Shown: in pieces, positions 10,452 to 19,285 of the stretch
How positions within the stretch are numbered: the stretch's first letter is position 1
Layout of the letters: every line of letters starts with the position of its first letter
Origin: Candidatus Kaelpia imicola
Lineage (GTDB): Bacteria > Omnitrophota > Gorgyraeia > Kaelpiales > Kaelpiaceae
Direction of reading: 5' to 3'
Length of the DNA: 64,000 nt
NCBI GenBank assembly: GCA_030765505.1
Contig: JAVCCL010000020.1
Coordinates: 28,538 to 92,537, forward strand
Position numbers and translations under genes: made by a program
The notes under the pieces: model-generated
What the model was told of the DNA's origin: nothing
Seen by the model: only the letters and a program-made list of their open reading frames with translations
Databases searched by the model: none

Positions 10452-11389
10452 AACAGAGGGTTAAAATTTTAAAGATTCTAAGTCAATCTGACTTTGTATC
10501 AGGTCAGAGTATTGCAGATAGCTGCAATATAAGCAGGATTGCGGTCTGGAAACATATAAACTATCTGAAGAGTAAAGGGCTAAAGATAAATACTTATCTC
10601 AATAAGGGATATAGTTTCACCGGATTTGGCGATAGGTTGCTTCCTGAAGTGGTTAGACTCAATCTCCTCAAGAATAATTTTATAAAGGATATTATCTATT
10701 TTAATGAGATCGATTCTACCAATAATGCTGCTAAGAGAATACTTAAAGAAGGTTCTCTGGTTATTGCAGAGCAGCAGAAGAAAGGGAGAGGTAGGAATGG
10801 AAAGGAGTGGAAGTCTGAGAAGTACAAAGATATTCTTTTCTCTGTTACGGTCTCTCCCAAGATGCCCTATCACTATCTTCCGATTTTTAATATTGTAGGT
10901 GCATTATCTATAGCCGGAGCTTTAAATAGGTTGTTTAAGATAGATGCAAAGACCAAATGGCCAAATGATATCTTAATAGGGAATAAGAAAGTAGCTGGGG
11001 TGCTGGTCGAATTTATCGCAGAGATTGACTTAATAGATAAGCTTATTTTAGGAGTCGGCATAGATGTAAATTCTAAGCCGAAGATATCTAGAGCCTCTTC
11101 AATTTTATCTATTCTGAAGAAAGGCAAATTAGATAGGCTGGAAATTTTAATCGCAGTTGTTAACGAGCTGCATAGTTTTATAAAATTAATTGGAAATAAA
11201 AATTTCTCTAAAATCCAGGCTATCTGGAAGAGCTGTTCATTGGATTACGGTAAAGATGTAAAGGTAAAAGAGAATGGAAAAATAATTGTCGGAAAGTCAG
11301 ATGGAATAGATAGTTATGGCAATTTGATTCTTAGAGAGGGCCGTACTATCTCTATCCTCCATACTGTAAGCTCTCTTAAGATTATATAG
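10433..11389 (+). CDS. birA: Bifunctional biotin--[acetyl-CoA-carboxylase] ligase and repressor BirA.
   Basis: N-terminal winged-HTH (RVKILKILSQSDFVSGQSIADSCNISRIAVWKHINYLKSKG). Biotin-protein-ligase core (GRGRNGKEWKS). C-terminal SH3-like domain. 318 aa. Confidence 0.85.
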   Translation: MQSKGIKQRVKILKILSQSDFVSGQSIADSCNISRIAVWKHINYLKSKGLKINTYLNKGYSFTGFGDRLLPEVVRLNLLKNNFIKDIIYFNEIDSTNNAAKRILKEGSLVIAEQQKKGRGRNGKEWKSEKYKDILFSVTVSPKMPYHYLPIFNIVGALSIAGALNRLFKIDAKTKWPNDILIGNKKVAGVLVEFIAEIDLIDKLILGVGIDVNSKPKISRASSILSILKKGKLDRLEILIAVVNELHSFIKLIGNKNFSKIQAIWKSCSLDYGKDVKVKENGKIIVGKSDGIDSYGNLILREGRTISILHTVSSLKII

Positions 11390-11435
11390 TTTGAATCATA
11401 CCCAATCCACCATGGTTAATTTTTTATAACCTTTA

Positions 11436-11462
11436 TTGACATTGTTTACTTTTTTTATATAA
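11436..11462 (+). promoter_or_regulatory. Near-consensus sigma70-type promoter upstream of the SSS transporter gene.
   Basis: TTGACA at 11436-11441 and TATAAT at 11457-11462, separated by a spacer of roughly 15 nt. This leaves a 5' UTR of roughly 40 nt before the ATG at 11509. Confidence 0.4.
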
Positions 11463-11508
11463 TTGTTAACATCAAATATCAATCTTTTCAGTTTTTTGAT
11501 TAAAAACT

Positions 11509-12771
11509 ATGTATCGAAAGAATTTTTATTTAGCTGGAAGAGGTGTTGGCTTATCTCAGTTAGTATTTTCGCTTTTAGCAACAATAGTAGGTGCTTCGTC
11601 AACAATCGGTTTGATGAGCTTTGCCTATGCCGTTGGTCTGCCCGCTGCTCTATGGCTTATATTTCGTTCACTGGGATTATTTTTGCTCTCCTTGTGTTAC
11701 TCAGGATTTTTTTCAAAAGACGATAACTATACAATTTCAGAATTCCTGGGTAAGAGATACGGTATTGAAGTCAAAAAGATTGCAAGCTGGGCTATATTTC
11801 TATCTTGGATTGGGGTTATTGCTGCTCAGATTCTTGCATTAAAAGAACTAATTGGGGTATTTATTCCCGCGGCTCCTTCAGTTCCAACCGTTCTTGTAAT
11901 AACAATATTTTTAGCAGCATATACTCTAATAGGGGGGCAGAGAGCGGTAATAGTTACAGATAGAGTGCAGCTTTTGCTTTTGATATCGGGACTCTTGGCT
12001 ATAAATTTTGTTTTTATAAAAAGATTAGGATGTAATTGTATAAATATAGGTTCTGATTATATTAATTTTCCTGTCAATAGTAGATTTTCCATGTCTGAAT
12101 TATTATACCTCGGCTCTGTATTGATACCTGTATATTTTATAGGTCCGGATATACATTCCAGGATTTTCTGTTCTCGCGATAAGAGAGTTATTAAAAAAGC
12201 TCTTAAGATTACAGCTCTGATTCTTTTACCCCTTTCATTATTGATAGTATTTCCTGCTTTAATGCTTCATGGTGCTCCAGTTTTTTCTGGCCCAACCGAT
12301 GTTTTGAATCTTTTTTTTAATCAGCTTATAGATTTTAGACCTGCTTTTTACCTTTTCTTAGTTGCCTTAATATCTACGCTTCTCTCTTCAGCAGATAGTT
12401 GTCTTATGACATCAGCTACCATATTTACACACGATATATTAAACCTACATAGAGATAGAGATGTTCTTTATACCAGGATTACTATATTCTCAATAGCATT
12501 GCTGGCATTTGTTTTAAGTTTTTATTTTAAAGATATTATCAGTCTTCTTAAAGCCTCTTATTCAATCTATACATCGGGCGTATTTATTCCTTTCTTATTG
12601 ATTCCTTTTAAAGATAGATTGAAAATCAAAAATAGAGCTGTTTTTATAAGCATGCTGGTCTCAGGCTCTATCGGGATAGTATCTGTTTTTTCGGGTTTTA
12701 AGATTGGAGTAATCTGTTCATATTTAGCCTCAGGAGTTGTTATATGTATTCTCTCTTATCTAAAAAAGTGA
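11509..12771 (+). CDS. Sodium:solute symporter (SSS) family transporter, short form that starts at the conserved AGR motif. Substrate unknown.
   Basis: FYLAGRGVG, GGQRAVIVTDRVQ and roughly 11-12 predicted TM helices match the SSS (PutP/PanF/SGLT) family. An in-frame stop at 11497-11499 excludes an upstream TM1. Confidence 0.7.
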   Translation: MYRKNFYLAGRGVGLSQLVFSLLATIVGASSTIGLMSFAYAVGLPAALWLIFRSLGLFLLSLCYSGFFSKDDNYTISEFLGKRYGIEVKKIASWAIFLSWIGVIAAQILALKELIGVFIPAAPSVPTVLVITIFLAAYTLIGGQRAVIVTDRVQLLLLISGLLAINFVFIKRLGCNCINIGSDYINFPVNSRFSMSELLYLGSVLIPVYFIGPDIHSRIFCSRDKRVIKKALKITALILLPLSLLIVFPALMLHGAPVFSGPTDVLNLFFNQLIDFRPAFYLFLVALISTLLSSADSCLMTSATIFTHDILNLHRDRDVLYTRITIFSIALLAFVLSFYFKDIISLLKASYSIYTSGVFIPFLLIPFKDRLKIKNRAVFISMLVSGSIGIVSVFSGFKIGVICSYLASGVVICILSYLKK

Positions 12772-14531
12772 ATTTAGTCCTTTTTGCGTTAACTCTGATT
12801 AAAACTATAGATGCTTCTGAGATAATTAAATTGTCCCCTATAGCTCTTAGAGATGATTTTTCTTTTTTTTCAGGTCCGTCTTTTTCAAGCAGCAAATTAG
12901 TTACAAAAGAAGAGGAGAGTTTTCTCTATGGCTCCATAGATGATCTTATTGAGAGCGAATTCAATATCGATATACAGCAGCGCGGTCTGTTTGCTGTGCA
13001 ATCGGAGCTGAATATCAGGGCCAGTAGTTTTGAGCAGAGCCTTGTTGTTGTTGATGGGGTTAATCTTAGTGATCCTCAGACATCTCATTTCAGTATGGAT
13101 CTACCGCTCTCTAATTATGATTGGCAGAGTATAAAAGTGTTAAAAGGATCAAGCTCTTCTCTCTATGGTTCTCATGCTATAGGCGGGGTACTTGATATTG
13201 AGACTGTTAGCCCGCGGGAGAATAATCTAAGAGTAAGCAGTACTTTTGGGGAGAAGCAGCTGCGTGTTTTTGATATTGCCTTAGATAGGGTTAGTGAGCC
13301 ATTGAACTATCATCTAAGTATTCAGCAAAGTTCCTCTGCCTCCTACAGGGAAGAGACTGATTTTAGCTCATTCAATATATTCTCTAAGTTTATTTTTAAT
13401 GAAATATTTGGTTCACCCAAAGTCGTTCTTGCCCATAATAGCAAAAAGTTTGGCGCCAGCTCTTTTTACTCCTCCAGTTATCCTAGAGAAGAGGAGAATA
13501 TAGATACAGAGCTTTATATTGTTAATTTTGATTTTATTTGGAATAATTTTGCTTTCTCTCCGATTTTATATTTTCGTCGTCATTGGGATAAGTTTATTCT
13601 TGATAGAAGTAACCCTGATCTGTTTAAAAACGTCAGCACTAATTATATTAGAGGGATTAAATTACCCTTCAGCTTTGCAATGCTTGATACCGGTATAGAC
13701 CTATCTCTGGAAGTTAGAGAGGAAGAGATTGACAGCACAAATATGGGTAAGCATTCAAGATCTCTGTTCTCTTTGTCTACGGCAGCATCTAAAGAACTAT
13801 CGGATAGATTAAGTTGTTTGATAAGTTTTAGAATAGATAATTATAGTGGCCTTGATATTGAGGTAAGTCCGGGGCTCTATCTTGAGTATAGACTAACAGA
13901 AGATAAAGGTATCTTTTCGTCTTTTCAGAGAGCGTATCGAGTGCCGAGTTTTACAGAGCTCTATTACTCCAGCCCGGCCAACATTGGAAATCTTAGCTTG
14001 TCAGTTGAGGATTCTTTTAGCATAGAATTAGGCTACTTAAAGAAAGGTATCTTATCTTACGGGGCTTCAGTTTTTCGGCGCTTTGATTACAATTTAATTG
14101 ATTGGGCCAGAAACTCTACTTCTGATGCCTGGAGAGCTCAGAATGTCTCTTATGCTAAAACAGATGGAATCGAAGGCTGGCTCTCTTATGATGATTTTAA
14201 ATTCTCATATGCTCTGTTTGATGCAGAACATAAGAGCAGAGCATCTTATAGTAAATATATTGCTAATTATCTTCAATATAATTTTAGTGTTTCACAAAAA
14301 ATAGAAACAGATTATTTCAATATTAACTTAGGTTTAAGCTATCAGGAAAGAGTTAAAAATAGCGGATTTTTTAATTTAGACGTAGTCTTATTTAAAGAGA
14401 TTATTTTAAAAGGTAATTCCGTTGATCTTTACCTAAAGTTTATGAATTTAACCAATGCTTCGAAGTCTGATATAGGAGGCGTTCCGCTGCCCGGAAGATG
14501 GGTCTCAATGGGTATAGCAATGGCATTTTAG
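12744..14531 (+). CDS. TonB-dependent outer-membrane receptor-like beta-barrel protein.
   Basis: Signal peptide. Plug-domain motif SIKVLKGSSSSLYGSHAIGGVLDIET. Long beta-rich C-terminus ending in an aromatic residue (GIAMAF). 595 aa. Confidence 0.65.
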   Translation: MYSLLSKKVNLVLFALTLIKTIDASEIIKLSPIALRDDFSFFSGPSFSSSKLVTKEEESFLYGSIDDLIESEFNIDIQQRGLFAVQSELNIRASSFEQSLVVVDGVNLSDPQTSHFSMDLPLSNYDWQSIKVLKGSSSSLYGSHAIGGVLDIETVSPRENNLRVSSTFGEKQLRVFDIALDRVSEPLNYHLSIQQSSSASYREETDFSSFNIFSKFIFNEIFGSPKVVLAHNSKKFGASSFYSSSYPREEENIDTELYIVNFDFIWNNFAFSPILYFRRHWDKFILDRSNPDLFKNVSTNYIRGIKLPFSFAMLDTGIDLSLEVREEEIDSTNMGKHSRSLFSLSTAASKELSDRLSCLISFRIDNYSGLDIEVSPGLYLEYRLTEDKGIFSSFQRAYRVPSFTELYYSSPANIGNLSLSVEDSFSIELGYLKKGILSYGASVFRRFDYNLIDWARNSTSDAWRAQNVSYAKTDGIEGWLSYDDFKFSYALFDAEHKSRASYSKYIANYLQYNFSVSQKIETDYFNINLGLSYQERVKNSGFFNLDVVLFKEIILKGNSVDLYLKFMNLTNASKSDIGGVPLPGRWVSMGIAMAF

Positions 14532-14577
14532 CCATTTAAAACTCCAATCTTGAAGCTATTTAGAGTATAATAAACGG

Positions 14578-15558
14578 ATGGCTTGGGATAGATTTTTAGA
14601 TCAAGATAAGATAATCTCTATACTTAGGTCTTATATAGAGTTAGATCAAGTATCAGGCAGCTTTATATTTTCAGGATTAAAAGGGGTCGGCAAGTTCTCT
14701 ATCGCTAAAGAGTTCTCTAAATCTGTTAATTGTTTACAAAGTGCTGGAGATAGCTGTTCCGTTTGTCAGAACTGTGTTCAGATAGAGAGAGAATTTCATC
14801 CCGACTTTTATATTGTTCGTCCAGCAGAGAAATCCGGTGAGATAACCATTGATATGATAAGAGAGTTGCAGAGGTTCTTGAATCTCTCTCCCGCAAATGC
14901 GAGAAAGAAGTTTTTTATAATAGATCAGGCTGAGAAGATGAATATTGAGTCAGCCAATGCATTTCTTAAAAGCCTTGAAGAACCTCCTTTAGATTCTGTT
15001 ATTATCCTGGTTAGTTCAAGGCCGGGTGCTCTCATTGCTACTATAAAATCCCGCTGTAAAGAGTTGAAATTTAGACCCTTAAGTAAGAAGACTATAGGGA
15101 TACTGCTGAGAGATAAGTTTGAATTGACTATAGAGGAATCAGCAAGAATATCGGCTCTCTCTGAAGGCGGATTAGATTTCGATTTAGAGGGCATAGATTT
15201 AACCGGTATTGAGACAACTTTAAAAGAGTTTTTCCGCTTCCCGCGGTTTAAAGAGAGAGGAGATAAAAACCTTTTGCATCAGCAGAGGGAGAGGTTAAAA
15301 GATAAGATTAGAATTCTGATTCTTTATATTAGAGATATTCTGTGTATAGTCAATGAAGTCGATTCTCTATCAGTTTTTCCAAGTTTAGACAATAGAGATA
15401 AGGTTATAAATATTGAGTCCAAAGATTTAATTGAAAAAATAGATAAATTGGAGTATCTTTACAGTGCGTTAGGTTCAAACGTAAATCCGGATTTTATCTA
15501 TAAAGTAGTTAGAAATTTATATAAGGAGGTTGAGCTTAAAAGTGAAATACACAGTTAA
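14578..15558 (+). CDS. holB: DNA polymerase III delta-prime subunit HolB.
   Basis: AAA+-like N-terminus with a degenerate Walker A (FSGLKGVGKFSIAKEFSKSV). Zinc-module cysteines (CSVCQNC). Synteny with PSP1/ricT downstream, as in Firmicutes holB-yaaT. Confidence 0.8.
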   Translation: MAWDRFLDQDKIISILRSYIELDQVSGSFIFSGLKGVGKFSIAKEFSKSVNCLQSAGDSCSVCQNCVQIEREFHPDFYIVRPAEKSGEITIDMIRELQRFLNLSPANARKKFFIIDQAEKMNIESANAFLKSLEEPPLDSVIILVSSRPGALIATIKSRCKELKFRPLSKKTIGILLRDKFELTIEESARISALSEGGLDFDLEGIDLTGIETTLKEFFRFPRFKERGDKNLLHQQRERLKDKIRILILYIRDILCIVNEVDSLSVFPSLDNRDKVINIESKDLIEKIDKLEYLYSALGSNVNPDFIYKVVRNLYKEVELKSEIHS

Positions 15559-16354
15559 TGTGCGTTTAAGAGAAGCAGGCAATGCAATAAATGGCTTTTG
15601 CGAAGATATCCCTCTCTTAGCCGGAGATATCGTTATTCTTCAGGTAGAGAGAGGCTATGATTACGGTGAGGTTATTTCCGACCCCCATCAGATGAGTAGT
15701 GATAAAGATATAAAAGGAGCTTATAAGGTTATAAGAAAAGCAACCAGGGAAGACTTTCTGCAAATAAAAAGAAATGAGAGAAAATCCAGAAGTGCTGTCA
15801 GAATATTTGAAAGAAAATTACGCCAACATAAGCTGGAGATGAAACTTGTTGGAGCAGAGTATGCGTTTGACAGGACAAAGATAATTTTCTATTTTACAGC
15901 TGAGGAGAGGATAGATTTCCGCTCCCTCGTGCGTGATCTGGCCAAAATATTCAAAACCCGCATAGAGCTTAGACAGATAGGTGTTAGAGATGAAGCTAAG
16001 ATATTGGGTGGTTACGGTGTTTGCGGCAGACCGCTCTGTTGTGCTTCATTTTTAAAAATGTTTTCTCCTGTCACTGTTAAGTTTGCTAAAGAGCAAAACC
16101 TTCCCATGAATCCGAGTAAGATATCCGGTGTCTGCGGGAGGCTGATGTGTTGTTTAGGTTTTGAGAAAAAGTTCTACGATCAGGCACTAAAAACAATGCC
16201 TAAGATAGGACAGAAAATAGATTTAGAAGACGGTAAGGCCAAGGTCATAGATGTAAATTATATTACAGGATTTACCAAGGTTGAATGTGAAGACGGAAGG
16301 ATTAAGAAGATAGACTTTAGAGATAAAAAGCCTGTTTCTAAAAATGAAAAATAA
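15530..16354 (+). CDS. ricT: PSP1 C-terminal domain protein (RicT/YaaT family).
   Basis: Conserved PSP1 cysteine-rich segment GGYGVCGRPLCCASFLKMFSPVTVKFAKEQNLPMNPSKISGVCGRLMCCLGFE. Located after holB. Confidence 0.8.
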   Translation: MSLKVKYTVNVRLREAGNAINGFCEDIPLLAGDIVILQVERGYDYGEVISDPHQMSSDKDIKGAYKVIRKATREDFLQIKRNERKSRSAVRIFERKLRQHKLEMKLVGAEYAFDRTKIIFYFTAEERIDFRSLVRDLAKIFKTRIELRQIGVRDEAKILGGYGVCGRPLCCASFLKMFSPVTVKFAKEQNLPMNPSKISGVCGRLMCCLGFEKKFYDQALKTMPKIGQKIDLEDGKAKVIDVNYITGFTKVECEDGRIKKIDFRDKKPVSKNEK

Positions 16355-17903
16355 GAAATTCTGCATAACCACTCCGCTCTATTATGTAAATGGAGAGCCT
16401 CATATCGGTCACTCCTATACCAATGTAGCAGCAGATGTTTTAGCTCGTTATATGAGGATGAAGGGAGAGAGCGTATATTTTTTGACTGGCACCGATGAGC
16501 ATGGCCAGAAGATTGAGAGAGCAGCCAAAGAGTCAGGTTCGGATGATGTTAAGGTTTTCTGTGACTCAATAGTAAATAAGTTTATTGACCTCTGGGGTAT
16601 TTTAAATATATCTTACGATGATTTTATTCGTACAACAGAGTTTCGCCATGAAGAGACGGTCAAGAAAATTCTCGGCTCTCTTTATAAGGAGGGGTATATC
16701 TATGAATCAAACTACGAAGGTTGGTATTGCATGCCCTGTGAGACTTTCTGGATAGAGTCTCAGGTTGAGAACAAGCTTTGCCCTGACTGTGGAAGAGAGT
16801 TAGAATTTATAACCGAGAAAAACTATTTTTTAAAAATGTCAGAGCATAGAGATTGGCTTAAAAACTACCTGCAAGACAATAAAGGTTTTATCTTGCCTCA
16901 GTCACGTTTTAATGAGGTTATCTCTTTTCTTGAAAACCCATTGGCGGATCTATGCATCTCCCGCCCTAAAGAGAGGGTTTCATGGGGAATAGCTATCCCC
17001 TTTGATAACGATTATGTTACTTATGTCTGGTTTGAGGCTCTGCTTAACTATATAACAGCCCCAGGTTTTTTAAGAGAAGATGATAATTTCGAGAGTATTT
17101 GGCCTGCAGATGTGCAATTTATGGCAAAGGATATTTTGCGTTACCATGCTGTCTATTGGCCGATAATGCTGCATATGTTAGGGTTGGAACTTCCTAAGAT
17201 GGTATTCTCTCATGGTTGGTGGTTAGTAGAGAAGGAAAAGAGTATTGATAAGATATCTAAATCAAAGGGTAATGTGGTTGATCCCAGGGAGTTGGTCAAT
17301 AAATATAGCACTGATGCTTTGAGGTATTTTTTACTTAGAGAGGTTCCTTTTGGAATGGATGGGAACTTTTCAGAAAGCAGTTTTATAAAACGGGTCAACT
17401 CGGACTTGGCTAATGACTTCGGAAATCTTATTTTCAGAACTTTGAATATGATAGTAAAATATTATGACGGTATTATTCCGAAAAACGAGAGAGCTTTTGA
17501 TAACTGCGATGAGTCTTTCTCTTCTAAAATTGCGTCAATCTATGAAAAGATTGAAGAGTTCATGAAGAGAGTTGATTATCAGAATGTTTTAGAGACTATA
17601 TGGGAGTTAATAAGTGCAGCAAATAAATATATCGAGTTAAAAGCCCCCTGGAAGCTTAAAAAAGAAGACCCCGATGAGCTTGCCTATGTTATATATACTC
17701 TCTCTGATGTAATAAGGATTGTTTTGGTAGCACTTACTCCTTTTATTCCGGCATCTACTCAGAAGGCATGGTCTTATTTCGGGTATAAGGATAAGGTTGA
17801 AGAACATAGTTATTCTGAAATATCATTATGGGGCAAAATCCCTTTTAATCAGATTGTTGAAAAAGGAGAGCCTCTATTTCCCAGGATAGAGGTAGAAAAG
17901 TAA
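16344..17903 (+). CDS. metG: Methionine--tRNA ligase MetG (short form without the C-terminal tRNA-binding appendix).
   Basis: Class I HIGH motif (EPHIGHSYTNV), KMSKS motif (KISKSKGN) and a CPDC zinc knuckle. 519 aa. Confidence 0.9.
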   Translation: MKNKKFCITTPLYYVNGEPHIGHSYTNVAADVLARYMRMKGESVYFLTGTDEHGQKIERAAKESGSDDVKVFCDSIVNKFIDLWGILNISYDDFIRTTEFRHEETVKKILGSLYKEGYIYESNYEGWYCMPCETFWIESQVENKLCPDCGRELEFITEKNYFLKMSEHRDWLKNYLQDNKGFILPQSRFNEVISFLENPLADLCISRPKERVSWGIAIPFDNDYVTYVWFEALLNYITAPGFLREDDNFESIWPADVQFMAKDILRYHAVYWPIMLHMLGLELPKMVFSHGWWLVEKEKSIDKISKSKGNVVDPRELVNKYSTDALRYFLLREVPFGMDGNFSESSFIKRVNSDLANDFGNLIFRTLNMIVKYYDGIIPKNERAFDNCDESFSSKIASIYEKIEEFMKRVDYQNVLETIWELISAANKYIELKAPWKLKKEDPDELAYVIYTLSDVIRIVLVALTPFIPASTQKAWSYFGYKDKVEEHSYSEISLWGKIPFNQIVEKGEPLFPRIEVEK

Positions 17904-17906
17904 TAA

Positions 17907-19280
17907 ATGTATCTTGTCGATACTCATTCTCATCTCTGGCATCCGGAGTTTAAATTTGATTTAAAAAGAGTGGTCAATAGAGCTAAAGAAAAGAGTGTTG
18001 AATACATAGTTGTATTAGGCGTTGATTTAGATACCTCTCTTAAATCCCTCTCTATTGCAAGAAAGTTCAAGAATATCTATGCTGCTGTAGGGTCTCACCC
18101 GCATAATGTAAAATCTTTTAAAGATAGAGATCTGCTGATTTTAAAGAAGCTGCTCAGGAGAAAGAAGGTTGTTGCTTTTGGGGAGATAGGCCTTGATTAC
18201 TACAGGAAGAGTTCAACTTCTAAGAACCAGATATCAATGTTGGAGAGACTGCTTGGACTATGGCAGGATTTTAACCATCTTCCGCTTGTTATACATAATA
18301 GAGATGCTGATGAGGATATATTATCAGTCCTGGATAACATAAAAAGATTTTCGCCTAAGGTTATTATGCATTGTTTCTCCGGAGATATTGATTTTTTAAA
18401 AAAGTGTCTAAAGAGAGGTTTCTATATATCCTATGCTACCAATCTGACGTTTAATCGAGATTTAAAAAAACTTATTAAGCATACACCATTGGATAGACTA
18501 TTGCTTGAGACAGACTCTCCCTATCTTGCGCCTTTAACAAGGAGAGGCGGTAGAAATGAACCTGCATTTTTAAAAGATTCTTTAGATATTGTTTTAAAAG
18601 AGAGATCGGTAACTGAAGAAGATCTCAGGCGGTCTCTAGCATTAAATTCTAAGAGGGTGTTCGGTATAGGGAGCATCAAGAGAGAACCCAAGTATCTGTA
18701 TAGATATAAGGATGGTCTATATATAAACCTTACAAATAGATGCAGCAACAGGTGTTATTTTTGCAGCGGTTTGGTCAGTGATTATTTTGCGGGGCATAAT
18801 TTAAGACTTAAGAGAGAACCTAAAATAGGCGAGGTTTTAAGGGCTATTGAAAAAGAGAAAGGATTTGATGAAGTTGCTTTTTGCGGCATAGGAGAACCTT
18901 TCTTTAAGTTTAGAGAGTTAAAAGAGATAGCTAAGGGTTTAAAAAGCAAGGGTTATAGAGTCCGCGTTATTACTAATGGATGCGGTAATTTAATCTCAAA
19001 AAGAAATCTCTTGCCCGAACTTAAAGGCTGTATCGACAGCATATCTATCAGTCTGAATGTCGAGGATAAAGATAAGTATAATTCTTTCTGTAATCCCGAT
19101 TTTGGAGATGATACTTTTAACAGAGTGATAGATTTTATTAAAGAGTCAAAAAAATATATACCTTGGGTAGAAGTAAGTTTTTTAGATATAGAGGGGTTCT
19201 CCCTTGAAAAAGCCAGGAAAATAACTGATGATTTGGGAGTTAAATGCAGAGTAAGGGCCTATAATTTGATTAAAGCCTGA
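17907..19280 (+). CDS. Fusion protein: TatD-family metal-dependent hydrolase (N-terminal, approximately 260 aa) plus a compact radical SAM domain (C-terminal, approximately 195 aa).
   Basis: TatD signatures (LVDTHSHL, histidines of GSHPHNV, FGEIGLDY, ETDSPYL). The C-terminal half has a CX3CX2C radical SAM cluster motif (NRCSNRCYFCSG) and a glycine-rich SAM motif (AFCGIGEPF). Confidence 0.8.
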   Translation: MYLVDTHSHLWHPEFKFDLKRVVNRAKEKSVEYIVVLGVDLDTSLKSLSIARKFKNIYAAVGSHPHNVKSFKDRDLLILKKLLRRKKVVAFGEIGLDYYRKSSTSKNQISMLERLLGLWQDFNHLPLVIHNRDADEDILSVLDNIKRFSPKVIMHCFSGDIDFLKKCLKRGFYISYATNLTFNRDLKKLIKHTPLDRLLLETDSPYLAPLTRRGGRNEPAFLKDSLDIVLKERSVTEEDLRRSLALNSKRVFGIGSIKREPKYLYRYKDGLYINLTNRCSNRCYFCSGLVSDYFAGHNLRLKREPKIGEVLRAIEKEKGFDEVAFCGIGEPFFKFRELKEIAKGLKSKGYRVRVITNGCGNLISKRNLLPELKGCIDSISISLNVEDKDKYNSFCNPDFGDDTFNRVIDFIKESKKYIPWVEVSFLDIEGFSLEKARKITDDLGVKCRVRAYNLIKA

Positions 19281-19285
19281 TTATT

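Noticed and set aside
11441-11470. Possible BirA operator around the SSS transporter promoter (TTGTTTAC … TTGTTAAC).
   Set aside because: The two half-site-like elements are direct, not inverted, repeats. No GTTAACAA partner is present, so a BirA box cannot be supported.
11463-11842. Two small ORFs (87 aa from a TTG start, and 73 aa) overlapping the 5' part of the SSS transporter gene.
   Set aside because: Alternative frames of a gene whose main frame has clear SSS motifs (AGR, GGQRAVIVTDRVQ). An upstream extension of the transporter is excluded by the in-frame TGA at 11497-11499.
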